A program made the position numbers and the translations under genes. Source: Malacoraja senta (Eukaryota). Taken from it: a DNA stretch of 64,000 nt. Of the stretch, positions 1 through 12,856 are shown in pieces. Position 1 is the first letter of the stretch, and each line of letters begins with the position of its first letter. The notes under the pieces were generated by a model. That model worked only from the letters and a program-made list of their open reading frames with translations, did not search any database and was not told the origin of the DNA. The stretch spans positions 4,898,001 through 4,962,000 of the forward strand of contig CM075988.1 of assembly GCA_038087875.1 (NCBI GenBank), in the 5' to 3' direction.

Positions 1-194
1 TCTAAAGAGTAGCCATCCCAACAGTCATTATAGGTTGTCAGTGTTATTTCTTTTGGAGATGATTGAAGTGTCCTTTATTCTCCTTCCTTTTATTCCTCCA
101 GTAGCTAGGTGATATTAAAGTTGGACACTAGGGTAGGTCCTTTTCTTTGTCCTTTCTACTGATGGTGTCTGTCACTAGGGAGTGGAGATACTGA

Positions 195-742
195 GGACAA
201 AGGACAAAGGACAAAGGACATTTATTGTCACATACACCAAATGGTGTAGTGAAATTTGTTCTTGCCATGCAGCACAAATAGACACAACATTAAAGAAATT
301 TAACATAAAACATTAAAACATCCCCCCACAATGGATCCCACTGTGGGGGAAGGCACAAAGTCCAGTCCATATCCCCTTGTCCACCCATAGTCTGGCCTAT
401 ATAGGCGTCCACAGTCGCCGCTACGGGGGCCGATGTTACAGGCCCTTCTTCGCCGGGTGATGGTGCTCCGGCGTCGGGAGAACCCTCTCAGCAGCTTGGG
501 ACACTTGGAACGGCCGTCTCCCTACCGGAGTCCGCGGCTTCCGAAGCCGACAGGCCGCGCTCGATGGAGCTCCACCACTGGCGAGATCCCAGGCTCCCGA
601 TGTAAGGTTCAGCGCCGCCGCCCGCACCACATAAAAAAGAATAGAACTCCTAAAAACAAAACAACTAACTAACTAAAAATTTAAAAAAGATGAAAACGGA
701 CAGCTGCAGGCTGGGCAGCCATACCACACAGGACGGCGCCCC
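195..742 (-). mobile_element. Short non-autonomous non-LTR retroelement with Rex1-type 3' tail
   Basis: Minus-strand AATAAA followed by a microsatellite tail (plus-strand ggacaaa repeats, 195-226); GC-rich 5' start; 3' stem-loop 323-349; no credible ORF. Confidence 0.55.
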
Positions 743-749
743 ATGTCGC

Positions 750-1950
750 TCTGCCTGCTGGCCTTCCCAAATGTTTTAAAGGGGCAGGACAGTATCAATT
801 CTGCCTGCTGGTCACCTTTTTCTGGGGAGCTACATTACCTTTCGCTGTCTTCTTCCTGTTCTTAGGGGTCTGTGCATTATTTTACCTCACTCCCCAGACA
901 GTCTCTTGTTGACATACAGTCCTGCAGGCACAAAACTCAGCAATACATTAATTCAACATCTTCTTTCCCCACTCCCATTCCTCCTGCACAGTAAGTTTCT
1001 TTCTTCTCTCCCTAGTGCCATTTCTATTCCTCAGTGTTATCTCTTTTCACGCTAGCTAATATGTTCCTTTTCTTACTCTTTTTATTGCCTCTTGGTTTTT
1101 CTTCTATCCAGCTATGTTCTGCCTTCTCGCTGGACACTCCTTGCTCCAGTGACCTGATTGGGTGCAGTTGAAACAAGCTCCTTGATTTACAATCTTCTTT
1201 GCTCTAAGGGCTTTTCTGGGGTAATCATAAGAGGGTTTATAATTTTCTTCCATAACATTTCCAGTTTTTACTACAATAGTACATCCAATTCGCTCATTCT
1301 GGTAAATGACTTGAGTGGGGTGTAGAGTAGGGGTCTTGTCTCCACGCCCACAATTCCAGGGTGGGTTGGTGAGTCAGGACTGAGAAAATGGGTTCGCTTG
1401 AGTGAACGGTGTGTGACTTCTTGGTTCCTGATACTCTCTCTCTGGTTTCTTGGGTCACAGTATTCTCTTGAATTAAAGGACCTCCCATAATTCCTTGGAT
1501 TTCGGATGTCTCTATATTCTCTAGGATCTCTAAATTCTTCATAATCCTGGAAATCCCTTCTTTGACCCCTCTCTTTCATCCGTTCCTTCGTTGGACAGGC
1601 CCTACTCCAATGTCCCATCCCTTCGCAAGTATAGTATTGGTTAAGCAGCATTGTTGGTCTTATTCTACCCCTGGGTTCCATGGAAATGTGCTTGAGATTG
1701 GGAGTATAACGGTGATAGTAATCTGAGTAATCTGGGACCCTAATATCTCCCAATCGGTAATTTGCTGGCACTCTGGGAATCCATGGTTCAGAGATAGATT
1801 TTGCTAATTCTTCCTTTGCTGTGCGTTCACTTTCTCTCCTAATTACAGAATTTTTTTTCTGGTTCCTACCTTCCTTCCAATAATATCTCACAGCTCTGGC
1901 TATTTGACTGGCTCAGCTCTCAGACCAGTTCCTGTTAATAGTTTAATTAA
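750..1950 (-). pseudogene. gag: ERV gag, C-terminal part with two CCHC zinc knuckles
   Basis: YYTCEGMGHWSRAC at 1595-1636 (first Cys position reads Tyr, TAC) and intact CFNCTQSGHWSKEC at 1134-1175. Confidence 0.75.
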
Positions 1951-2172
1951 TTAGTAAGATTAAATCGAAAACTTACCAGTTGGAAGTTTGATCTTTATTT
2001 TATGAGGAGTTACGATAAGGGATTACGTGAAGAGCCCGCCAGCCCGCATCCACGTCAATCTTCAAAGCAGCGGTGTGAAATCACAGAAAACAGTAGTTGA
2101 ACTGAATAGAGGAAGATTCGAGAAACTAGAACTACCAGCTGACCTTTATGAGAGAGGGTTGGGATCGGAGGG

Positions 2173-2285
2173 CACATAATCCCTCATCGTAACTCCTCAT
2201 AAAATAAAGATCAAACTTCAAACTGGTAAGTTCTCGTTTAATCTTACTATTTTACTTCGGAGTGACGTGAGTGACTACGTGAAGA
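2173..2285. other. DIRS internal complementary region (ICR), copy 1
   Basis: 2173-2249 is the near-exact reverse complement of 1952-2029; 2250-2285 is the reverse complement of 6672-6707; together they spell the circle junction. Confidence 0.92.
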
Positions 2286-2488
2286 TTTCAAAGCTCTGTG
2301 TTTTAATACCGTGAAAACGAGTCCACACAAGCACAACTGCATCAGTTGACCACAGATAAGGGAAACATTCATAATTCCATGGTAATAGCATTACCATGAC
2401 ATAGATTTAAAACATGCTGATGCTTTTCAATGAACAAATAATAATAATAGTAACCCCTTTCTTCCGTGAGGAAACTATAAAATAGAAA

Positions 2489-3441
2489 CTAAAATAGAGT
2501 TGGCAAATACCCCTGGTCTGGCAATGGGTTATTATAAAATGTTTGGAAAGTTCGTTCGTTAGACCATCCCGCAGCCGCTAGGATGTGGTCCAGCGGAACG
2601 TACATAACCCTTGCTGCTGATGTTGTAGCAGCCCTGGTGGAGTGAGATTTGAAAATATTAGTATCTACTCCTGCATGAGCCAAAACCCCGTTTAACCACC
2701 TGGAGATGGTCTGAACTGATACCTTCTTATGAGTTTTTTTGTAACTAACAAACATTGCTAGTATCAGAGCCTCTAAGGCTCTAGGTGACCTTGACGTATT
2801 GTTGTAAATGTGTGACCACATATAACGGAAGGTCCATGGGGTATGCCATGACACCTGATGCCCCTGGGCTGCTCTGCTTAACTAAATCATAACATAAGAT
2901 ATTATATTATTTGCAGATGTAACCATCCTATACAGTCGCAATTTATGTAGTGACTGGACCCGTTGCACTGAGACCAGCGCCATGAGGATAACTACCTTAT
3001 AAAAGCCGGGCCAACGATAAGGATGTAGCTGGAGCCCCCTGGTGAAGTAGTGTTAACACAATGTCAATATCCCATACTTCTGTGTACTTGGGCATGGGAG
3101 AACTAGTGTTAAAGATATCTTTTATAAACTGGATATCAGGGGGTGAGACCCGACAGAGTGGGTCCCGCTGGCTGCAGCAAATATGATGAGAAGGCACGTT
3201 GGGCACAGTTAATGGCACTATAACTTATTTTATTGTCAAAGACCCATTTGAAAATGAACACCAAGACGTCAGTTATCCGTGCCGTATTAAATGTAACATT
3301 AGCATTTAAACAAAACGCTTCCCATCTCCTGAAGAGGAAATGTACTGCTTTTTTGGTGCTATCCCTGCACTCTGCAGTGAGCACAAACATGGATCGGTCT
3401 GACAACCTGAGCCGCAGGAGCAGTCTTCTCAGAGTCTGCAA
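2489..3441 (-). pseudogene. DIRS tyrosine recombinase (fragmented)
   Basis: ORF 2489-2854 contains TISRWL, FKSHSTRAA and AAGWSNERTFQTFY; upstream fragments 2997-3441 resemble the N-terminal region (RRWEAFC, PKYTEVWDIDIVL). Confidence 0.88.
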
Positions 3442-3479
3442 GTCAATGAATTGATTTTACCATGCAGAGGCTGGTTTCC

Positions 3480-5330
3480 CGAGTCACAGGCTGAACCAGC
3501 AACGTTTTATGTTTAGAATAACCATATAAGGTTATATTATTATTCCCAACATAAGCAGGAACCATGGCTGCATAGGCCAGTCAGCCAGTACGAAAAAACC
3601 TGAAGCGGGATCTTGCTGAATTTATTACAAGACCTGACTGATGAGGCAAAATGGAGGAAAGGCATAAAAGAACATTCCTCCCCCGTGTAGTGAGAATGTA
3701 TCTCTCGCCAATGTTATGCCACATATTTTTGCAACCGGTGAATGAGCCTGGATGCAAACATATCGATATTCGGTGTTCCATCGACTCATAATGTCATAAA
3801 ATACTTTGTGATCCAACATCCATTCTGTGTTGTCATTGATTTTACGTGATGATACACCAGCGCCAAATGAGGTTAGGTAAATTATCACAGGATACTTTGA
3901 CTTGATTGCACCCATGTGACTAACATATGCCACCACCACAGTGTATCAACTTGGAATTGAGCATGCAGATTATGCATATATGCACAATAACCCTTTAACC
4001 CATAGAATGCACCTAGTGTCTATAGGTAGTTGATACCAATAACTGAAGAATTGGTAACTCATGCAAATCCCATCCGCCTCTGTAACTAGAGATGGCATTT
4101 GTAATTTTCCATCTTTGAGCACTAGCATCAGTTTGTAATATAACTGAAGATTTACTGACCAAAAACTACTGGAGCAATGCTGAATACTGTTCGTCCACCA
4201 TTGTGACTTTGGTAGCTTCAGCTGGTAATAGCATAGGTCTGTTAACAATGACCCACATGGCACTTGAGAGGTTACTACTTTGCACGTTGTAAGTTCTGAT
4301 AATGCAAAGGTCCATTTGCACAGTTGAAATACCACTACTATATTGCCAATTACACTTGATGAATAGAAGGCTGCTTCATAACAACAAGGTTGTTACAGCC
4401 TTCTATCAATTCCAATCTCTTGCCCCAGGGCAGAGTCACAGACAAATTAATAGTTAAAGGTAAATCCCAATAATCAATAACTCTAGTTGGTTTCAACTTA
4501 AATGTAACTGGATGGATGAGGAACCTCAATTTCTCAAATATAGTTTGCGGCTGAAACAGTTGATTTTAGCAAAATACAGCGTTTAGAATATCATCCAGAT
4601 AAGCCATAACATGTGTTTTTGAGCTCTGAGCAGTCCAAGCACCGGTTTAGTAATTTGGTAAATGACCTGGTAGCTGAATTTAGCCCATTTTGCAACGCAT
4701 TAACTGTTATCATTGCCCCATCCAGATAAATTTCAAATGTCTCCGGTGATCCCTGTGAATGGGACCTGAATAGTATGCATATTTGAGATTGATGCATGCT
4801 AAAGATCCTATGGAAATCAGTTGTTAGACAATAACGAAGTTCCATATTCTGAAAAGTCTATATTGCACATACGAGTTAAATCAAGGATGAACCAACATCC
4901 TCCATCTTTCACAATGAACAGGCCATGCCTGCCTCGAACAACAACTCTGGCCAGATTCCCGAGCCTGTCTTGAAAGGTAATCCTGGCCATAATACTGAGC
5001 CTGCCTCGAAAGACAACTCTGGCCATAATTCTGAGCCTGCCTCGAAAGACAACTCTGGCCTTATTTCTGAGCCTGTCTTGAAAGGCAATCCTGGCCATAA
5101 TACTGGGTCTGCCTCGAAAGACAACACTGGCCATAATTCTGAGCCTGCCTCGAAAGACAACTCTGGCCATATTCCCGAGCTTGTCTCGGAAGGCAATCCT
5201 GGCCATAATGCTGAGCCTGCCTCGAAAGACAACTCTGGCCCCAATTCCAAGCCATGCTTGGAACCCTTGTATATTGTGCATTATAAACTAAACACATGTT
5301 ATCATTTTAGTTTATAAACGGATCTAAATC
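3480..5330 (-). pseudogene. DIRS RT / RNase H / methyltransferase-like ORF (fragmented)
   Basis: IQG, KDGGCWFILDL, NGLNSATRSFTKLL, MAYLDDIL, TDAS..GW, VAYVSHMG, IDMFASRL, YAFPPF occur in the expected order across frameshifts. Confidence 0.85.
4928..5251. repeat. 36-bp minisatellite x9 inside DIRS RT N-terminus, (A-B-A)3 higher-order structure
   Basis: A unit cctgcctcgaaagacaactctggccataattctgag; units 2, 5 and 8 are the B variant (cYtgtctYgRaaggYaatcctgg...). Confidence 0.93.
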
Positions 5331-6708
5331 CCATGTTATCATTTTCATTTGTACAAAAAATAAGTGTAAATATTACTAACTTGTAAATGGTCCACATACC
5401 CCATGTTTCGGAAGAACCAGACGCACCTACCTCCATGGTTACTGGTGGTCTTATGGTAAGCCCAAAGGCCCCTGATGCGGGTTCTATTTCCGTCCTTGAT
5501 TGGAGAGTAGGACTGGTAGGGTGCGTGGATCCCATATTTTTCCTGAGACTGGCTTGGACCTTGGCCTGAAAGACCTCTGCCCAGCTTTCAAGCTGCCACC
5601 AGCTTCAGTGAACTGCTTACTGCCGATGAAGGCGTGGGGTGTGTCGTCGCTGAAACGACGAAGCTTTGCTCATCGTTGGTACCTTGATTAGTCCGACAGC
5701 TTTTGCTTCCTCATCCAGGTATTACCTGTAGAGAAGTTTCAGCGGCTGGTTTCATTTCCCCTCCAATGTCACCCCTGATAGCGCTGTTCACTGCCGGCAC
5801 TTGTGGCGTGAGGGGAACTCTGGCCCCTTCCGGGTTTGCTGCCAACGGCTGGAACCAACTCTTCCGGCAGCAACCCCTTCGTTTGCGAGTATTTCCTTGA
5901 AGCCATATGCATGTGCTCCAGGATGTTCCACGGACATACTATCGAATTGGAAGTCAGTTACACACTGACCACTCGCACTCCTCTCCACAGAGAGGGAGAT
6001 TCGTAAGCAGCCCTGAAAACAGGTGCTGCCGCAGGCCCCTGAGGATACCTGCGCTGATATGGCCCCATCCTACGGACCTATATCAGGAGCATCACATTTG
6101 TGGCATAAACGCCCGAGGGCGCTATCCATGCTCCATCTGGGTTAAACGTCCGAGGACGTACCCAGGTATGTCGGAGGGGAAGCCTCCTGGCCTGACTCGT
6201 CCGAGTCCATAGGCCTGACTGAATTATTCTTGGATTTACCCCCTTTCTGGGGAACCATAGCGGTCTGGGAGCCGCTGACCGCACTGTCATTGACTGGGGT
6301 GGCGAGACCGACTTACTCTTGGCTTTACCCGCTTTCTGGGGAACCACAGCGGTCTGGGAGCCGCTGACCGCATTGTCAGCGACTTGAGTAGTGAACCCGA
6401 CGGCCGACGGCCACCCGCGCTTCCGCTGTCCGGACCGGGATCTCCCCACGGTCCATAACCGGTTTCCCCGCGGCCCGTCCGGACATCTCCCTGAAATTAT
6501 CCAGCAGGAAAAACTCTGTAAGAAGAGATTCCTGCAAGAAAAAACAGAACCTGGAAATAAGTTTAAAACTTACCTGCAGATTTAAACTTACCGCTGGAAG
6601 GAGCGTCGCGCCTGCCAGTCAGTCGCTGCGCAATGCGTTAGACATAATGACGCGCATGCGGGCTGGCGGGCTCTTCACGTAGTCACTCACGTGACTCCGA
6701 AGTAAAAT

Positions 6709-8272
6709 TAAATCCGCTATTTTAGTGGGGAGACAATTCAACAAGATGGCATAATATTGAGGGGAACTTACTCCATTCCGATAGTCTAAATCACCTGATT
6801 GGCGTATATATAATCTCGAAAAGCAGTCTAGAAATTTGTCTGCTCCTTCACCCTTCTCTGGTCTTATTTCCAGGACTCGACTTAAATCGTGTGGTTTCTG
6901 AAACGTTTTGCAAGGGCCGTTAAAACGGCCTCTTCTCTTGCACTGTCATCCATTACTGCATTTGCCAATGTTTCATAAATTGGGTGTCCTAGGGCTACTA
7001 GAAATTTGGTATTCTCAGCTGGAGTAATTATCTGTTGTATGGTCTCCCACAAATCCCGTGAATCTGCATGGTATACACGCATTGTGGTCCGCAAGTACTC
7101 TATAAAGGCAGCAGGGGACTTCTTCCTATCAAGGATTCTGTTTAGTACTGCCATTATTTCATGCGGCTTCCATGGCATATGGGCGTCTGTAACGCGGGGA
7201 TTATTCATATTCACTGCACTGGCCGAATCTGCTATACTTATTCCTTCCCTTACTGGTAATTGCCTATGGGATACCTGTTCAATTCATAAGCTTTCGGTTA
7301 TGTCAAAGTCTATTTCGGTATCTAGGATCACTGTCTCACCCTCTGATAAATCTTCCGGTTCACTAGGGATTTCCCGATACTGCCCAAATAAAGCATTCAT
7401 TTCTACTCGTGTGATTTGCCTAGGTTGTGGCTCACAGAAATACTCTGGCGGTTGCACTATGTCTAACATACCTTTCTTTTCTATAAACACGGGAGCTAAC
7501 CTTTTCGTTCTACTCCGGGTGCCATAAGCCACTGGATGATCTATCAGTGATGGCGTGGATAAGATCGAAGGATCTGGTACCTCAGTATCTGCTGTTGGTA
7601 AAACCTGTTCAGATGTAGAATCGGCCGGAGTTGTTATAGATTCTGCAGACCTAAAATATTTATTACGGACACAAGTCATACACGGTGCTAATGAAGCCTG
7701 GGAAACGCAACATGGTGGGAGCTGTGAAGTTCCACTGGCGTTGACATTTGTCCACTCTTCTAAATACTCATCTTCTTCCCCCTTGAAGTCAGCACTAACC
7801 ATCGGATTCTTAATTTTTAATATTACAGGGACTACTTTTCTTCCAGGAGATCCACATTGCCCTAGTTCTGAGTGTTTCCCTTTATCTCCATTCCTGTTCC
7901 TACCACTACCTGGAGGTCGATCTACTTCACCTTCTTTTAGTTCTAATCCAAGTTTGGCGATCGCATATTCCCAACTCTCCATTTTCTTGACCTCCTTATT
8001 CGCCTTACGATCCTCGAAATATTTTCTCCATAACCCTATTAATTATTTTGCACCCTCGTTATTACTATGCTGCCAAATGATTCGTTCTATGTATTTTATC
8101 CCTCTTGCTGTTCTAATTCCCCCCTGGCGGCCATAGCTTATTCCCTAATTTCTTATTTAATACTCCTGATAAATTTCTTAATTTTTTCTGTCTTGTGAGG
8201 AAACTCATTACACATTAGTTGTAATGGGCTTTTCTCTTCTTCTGTTACATCTCTATCTACATTATTCCCCAT
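6709..8272 (-). pseudogene. gag: ERV gag, N-terminal part (matrix to capsid), with stops and frameshifts
   Basis: ATG at 8272 gives MGNNVD (Gly2) followed by LWPPGG; ORFs 7284-7982 and 6882-7214 (HMPWKPHEIMAVL); MHR-like RVLEIRPEKGEGADKFLDCF after a frameshift. Confidence 0.75.
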
Positions 8273-8682
8273 GCTTCCGAACACCTGAAACAGAATTTTT
8301 TAATCCTTCGTTTTATCCCTAAATTTACCAAGCTCGCTCCTAGACAATGGCTAATGGTTCAAAGCGATCGCAACCACGCAACTCACTACTCCTTCGCTCC
8401 ACCAGTCCTGTTCTCTCATTCAAATTCTTCTCCTATCTCCCATAAGTCAACATTCTTTCAAACTTATGATTTTCTCAATCAAAACATCTAAAAATGAGGG
8501 ACTTCCGGTGGCGCCACGGAGCAGTAAGGGCGCAGCATTGAGCTCCGCTCCCGCTAAAATCCTGAAAAAGACGTTTTGGAAGACGGGACCGATTTAAAAA
8601 TACTCACCGGAGCTGTTTGACGTCGTGTAACTGACGTCATCAGAAATCGCCACGAAATAACGGAGATTAACGACAGTTTTAA

Positions 8683-9526
8683 ATGAGAAAGAGGAATCTT
8701 CCTCAGAGACCTACAAGACCTGCAAGACCTGCTACAAGACTCCATCTGAAAGAACTTGGCAAAACACGGTAATGAGGAAGTGATTGAGCAAATGGCTAAT
8801 CTAAGGAAACGTGTTGAAGAAATTGAGGAGGATTTAAATACAGAAATCAAGCGGGTTGAAAAAGACTGTAACAAGAAGTTTGATTCCATACTCAATACTA
8901 CTAAAAAATACAACACGGTTATGGAAGAAATGGAAGCTGCGATGAGTGCTATGTCTAAGGGGATTAAAGAGACTGAGAAAGGAGCAAGAATGTGCTGGGG
9001 GGCAACTTGCCAAAATGACTGATAAATGCCTGGATTTGGAAGCAAGATCTAGAAGGCAGAATTTAAGAATAGTTGGAGTAAAAGAGAGAAGGGAAGCTGG
9101 AAAAAAACCCTGGGAGTTTGCTGCCAACTTACTTAAACAAGTGTTTAAGCTGCCTGAAAACCCGAGAATAGACGTGGCTCACCGGGTTCGACGAGCTCAA
9201 ACAAGGACAGGTGCCCCTCCAAGACAGATCATAGTGTAAATTCACGACATCTCTGCTCTGGAAGATATTATGAAACAGATCCCATTTGGATCGAATTTGA
9301 TGTATGAAGAGGATAATCTAAGATTCTTCCGTGACTATCCAACTGCTAAAAAAAAATGGACATGTTCACAAAGCCAAGACAGATTCTGAAAGGATTACCT
9401 AATGTAAGATATGGAATAATGTATCCTGCAAAAATGAGGATCACTTATAAGACTGATGAACGTGCCTTCATCGACCCAGAAGAGGCATTTAAATATGCAC
9501 AAGATAGTGTAAAGAGGACCGACTGA
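8683..9526 (+). pseudogene. L1 ORF1 (coiled coil + RRM-like), frameshifted
   Basis: Coiled-coil-like 8756-9022 frame, then DLEARSRRQNLRIVGVKE...IDVAHRV...PPRQIIV. Confidence 0.85.
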
Positions 9527-10638
9527 TTATCAGGAGTTGGTCCCTTATAATATCACAGAGGAGAAGCGGCGAAGATAAGACTTTTAAAATATAAGAATGC
9601 TCTCGTTAAGATGGCGGAATCTTCCACGAGGTGATGGCTAGACATCTTATCTCCCGGGAATGTGAATTCAAGGTTGAACTTTATGTTTCACTCTGAATGA
9701 AGGACTTAAAAACAAAGCAGAGCTGGGGAACATGGAAAACAAAGCGGAGCTTGGGAACATGGAAAAATAATAGAAATGGATTTGAATACAAAAACTTATG
9801 ATTTAAGAAACTCTTTTATAATCAAATACTAACATAAAATAATTAACTAACTCAACAACAGTAATCTACTATTGTGTAATACTGACTAATGTATAATATA
9901 ATAATGACTAACTCCCCTGAGGGGGAAAAGGGGGGCTTATTCCACGATGCTAATTAACTCCTATGTTTAAGGATAATGAGCTAAATATATCGATATATAT
10001 CAACAACATGCTAACAAACTAAAATGTATATAACAGATCTAGTCCAAGCTGTGCGCAAATGAGGGGGGAGGAGACTCAGATACTTGGAAGTTATCCAAGA
10101 GTCTGACTCTGGTTAACCCCTTGGAACCTGCTGTTGTCTAATATAATAGAGTAGGACTTAATTGGGGAGTGAAATGTAATAAATGTCGGTGTATAGGTAT
10201 ATACGGGTATTTAACTAACATATGTACTGGTATATTTTAGTATATATTTAACGTTAGATTAGTTGAAGATGCATTTAGATATTTAGACTCGATTTGTTCT
10301 TTTTCTTATATATATATCTCTCAGTTTTGAATCGGCCTTCTTCCTTTTTACAATATTTGGACAAGGGGACGGAGCTGAATGTAAAACAACATCTACGGAA
10401 GTTCATAAGAACTTATCTACCACCATTAGGTGTTTTTTTTTAAAGTATCCTCAGATACTATAATACCACTTTTTAAAAATTATTATCTCTTCATCAATTC
10501 ACACTTTTTGTCTTTTTCAAGGTTTACTTTGAAAGGGTGATGCCAACAGAATTTAACAGTTGTGGATGACCACCCAACAGCTATAGGTCTGAGGTACTTG
10601 GTTGCACCATATGACTTAAGGGTATCAAAATGATTCAT

Positions 10639-11430
10639 AATGCAAGATGATAAACAAAAGTAAATTGGAGGAATTACGTTTTGTAGCTGGAATATAAGGG
10701 GCGCTAATGAGCCAATTAAAAGGGGTAAGATTTTTGCCCAATGAAAATCACTCAATTCTGACATAATTTTTTTACAGGAAACACATTTGAAACATCAAAC
10801 ACAGATAAGATTAAAGGCAAATTGGATCAGGCAAACATACTACTCTTCATTTACTTCTAAATCTAGAGGCACGGCTATTATTATTCGTAAAGGTATACCA
10901 TTTAAATCAAAGAATATTATATCAGATAAAGAGGGGTGGTATCTTATAGTTACGGGAGAGATTCACTCTACCCCACTTACTATAATAAACATTTATGCTC
11001 CTAACTTTGATAACCCTCGATTCTTTAATACATTTCTGGATATAATTTCAGAGTTTAATTATCAAAACGTGATAATAGGGGGAGAGTTCTACTGTGTTCT
11101 AGATCCATATCTAGACAAATCTGCAAAACAAAAGAGGATTAACAAAGGAAAATACAATTACCAAAATTAAATCAGATAAAGGTGAATTATTAACAGTACC
11201 TAAAGACATTAACAAAAGATTTGCCCAATTTTATCAAAATTTAAATACATCTAAAACCTCAGCAGATAACACTAAAATCATAAATTTCTTAGAAAATTGT
11301 AATCTCCCAAAACTTAATGCGTTGGAACAAGAGGAATTAGGAGCTCAGATTACACTTAAAGAAATAGAAGAAACGTTAAATTCATGAAGAATGGTAAAAC
11401 GCCAGGACCAGATGGTTTTAGTAATGAGTT
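10639..11430 (+). pseudogene. L1 ORF2 APE endonuclease and linker (with internal deletion)
   Basis: SWNIRG, DIIFLQETH, SRGTAIII, INIYAPN, IIGGEF, then KTPGPDGF. Confidence 0.88.
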
Positions 11431-11564
11431 TTTTGTTTAAGAAGGAACTGCAGATGCTGGAAAATCGAAGGTACACAAAAGTGCTGGAGAAACTCAGCGG
11501 GTGCAGCAGCATCTATGGAGCGAAGGAAATAGGCAACGTTTCGGGCCGAAACCCTTCTTCAGAC
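11431..11564 (-). mobile_element. Penelope-like terminal repeat with hammerhead motif, inserted in L1 ORF2
   Basis: Minus strand CTGAAGAAGGGTTTCGGCCCGAAACGTT (11535-11562); flanked by tttagtaatga duplication at 11417-11427 and 11565-11575. Confidence 0.8.
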
Positions 11565-11579
11565 TTTAGTAATGAATTA

Positions 11580-12363
11580 ACAACCCCACTCTCACTATTG
11601 ACGGCACCACTGTCTCCCCATCTCCTCAGGCCCGCAACCTTGGCGTGATCTTTGACTCAACCCTCTCTCTTGAGCCATGTTGTCAAAACATCATTTTTTC
11701 ACCTCCGCAACATTGCCAAAATCAGACCCTCTCTCACACCCCCCGCTGCTGAAAGACTCATCCATGCCTTCATCTCCTCCCGACTGGACTACTGTAACTC
11801 TCTTCTCTTTGGCATTAACTCCAGCAACATCAACCGACTCCAACTGGTCCAGAATGCAGCCGCCCAACAAATCACCCACACCAAATCCTGGCACCACATC
11901 ACCCCAGTTCTCAAAGAACTTCACTGGCTTCCCATTTCCCACCGGATCATCTACAAAATCCTGGTCCTCACCTACAAAGCCCTCAACCACTTGGCCCCCC
12001 CTTATCTCACTGACCTCCTCCCCCCTACCAACCATCACAGTCCCTCAGATCCACATCAGCCGGTCTCCTCTCCATTCCGAAATCCAACCTCTGCACTTTT
12101 GGAGACAGAGCCTTCTCCAGGGCAGCTTCCAGGCTCTGGAACTCCCTCCCACAATTGATCCGAAATGCTGAGTCCCTCACCATCCTCCAGTCCCGCCTGA
12201 AGACCCATCTCTTCACCTCTGTATACCCTTAGTCCCATGTCCCCCTCCCCTTTGCATCTCTGTCTTACTGCTCTATTTTGTTTTGTTTTTGACTCTCCAT
12301 GTAAAGCAACTTTGAGTCCTTGAAAAGCGCTATGCAAATAAAATGTATTATTATTATTATTAT
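11580..12363 (+). mobile_element. L2-clade LINE 3' fragment
   Basis: FFHLRNIAKIRPSL, HAFISSRLDYCNSLL, LQLVQNAAA, HITPVLKELHWLP; ends with AATAAA and a (tat)n tail. Confidence 0.9.
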
Positions 12364-12445
12364 GAATGATTTTACGAGATAATTTCCCCATGCTTACAAA
12401 AAATATACACACATGCTTTTAAAGAAAATATACTACCAGATTCAC

Positions 12446-12856
12446 ACATCACAGTCGCTGCCTCCAAAAGGCTGGCAGCATCATCAAGGACCCACACCAT
12501 CCTGGCCACACACTCATCTCCCTACTACCTTCAGGTAGAAGGTACAGGAGCCTGAAGACTGCAACAACCAGGTTCAGGAATATCTACTTCCCCACAGCCA
12601 TCAGGCTATTAAACCTGGCTCGGACAAAACTCTGAACTTTATTAGCCAATTAACTGTTATTTGCACTTTATCAGTATAGTGATTAATGTGTGTATATGTT
12701 TATAGAATGGTATATGGACACACTGATCTGTTTTGTAGTCAATGCCTACTATGTTCTGTTGTGCTGAAGCAAAGCAAGAATTTCATTGTCCTATCAGGGA
12801 CACATGACAATAAACTCACTTGAACTTGAACTTGAACTTGAACTTGAACTTGAACT
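12446..12856 (+). mobile_element. Rex1/Babar LINE 3' fragment
   Basis: SIIKDPHHPGHTLISLLPSGRRYRSL...YFPTAIRLLN; AATAAA plus (cttgaa)n tail. Confidence 0.88.

Larger units (their letters stand above)
1952..6708 (-). mobile_element. DIRS1-type tyrosine-recombinase retrotransposon, copy 1 (full length, defective)
   Basis: Inverted terminal repeats (~2024-2056 vs ~6648-6681), ICR 2173-2285 complementary to both termini, RT YLDD (~4590-4601), methyltransferase-like DMFASRL/YAFPPF, YR motifs HSTR..GW..FY; no clear TSD. Confidence 0.93.

Noticed and set aside
1..190. ERV protease downstream of gag
   Set aside because: No D(T/S)G motif could be read before the window edge.
2489..2854. Phage or bacterial integrase (contamination or gene transfer)
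   Set aside because: The tyrosine recombinase sits with RT, RH, MT, ITRs and ICR in standard DIRS order among vertebrate repeats.
4928..5251. 36-bp repeat array as a CRISPR array
   Set aside because: Units are head-to-tail with no unique spacers, there are no cas genes, and it lies within a DIRS element.
7006..8136. Plus-strand ORFs 7006-7527 and 7555-8136 as genes
   Set aside because: They are antisense shadows of the ERV gag frame with no recognisable domain.
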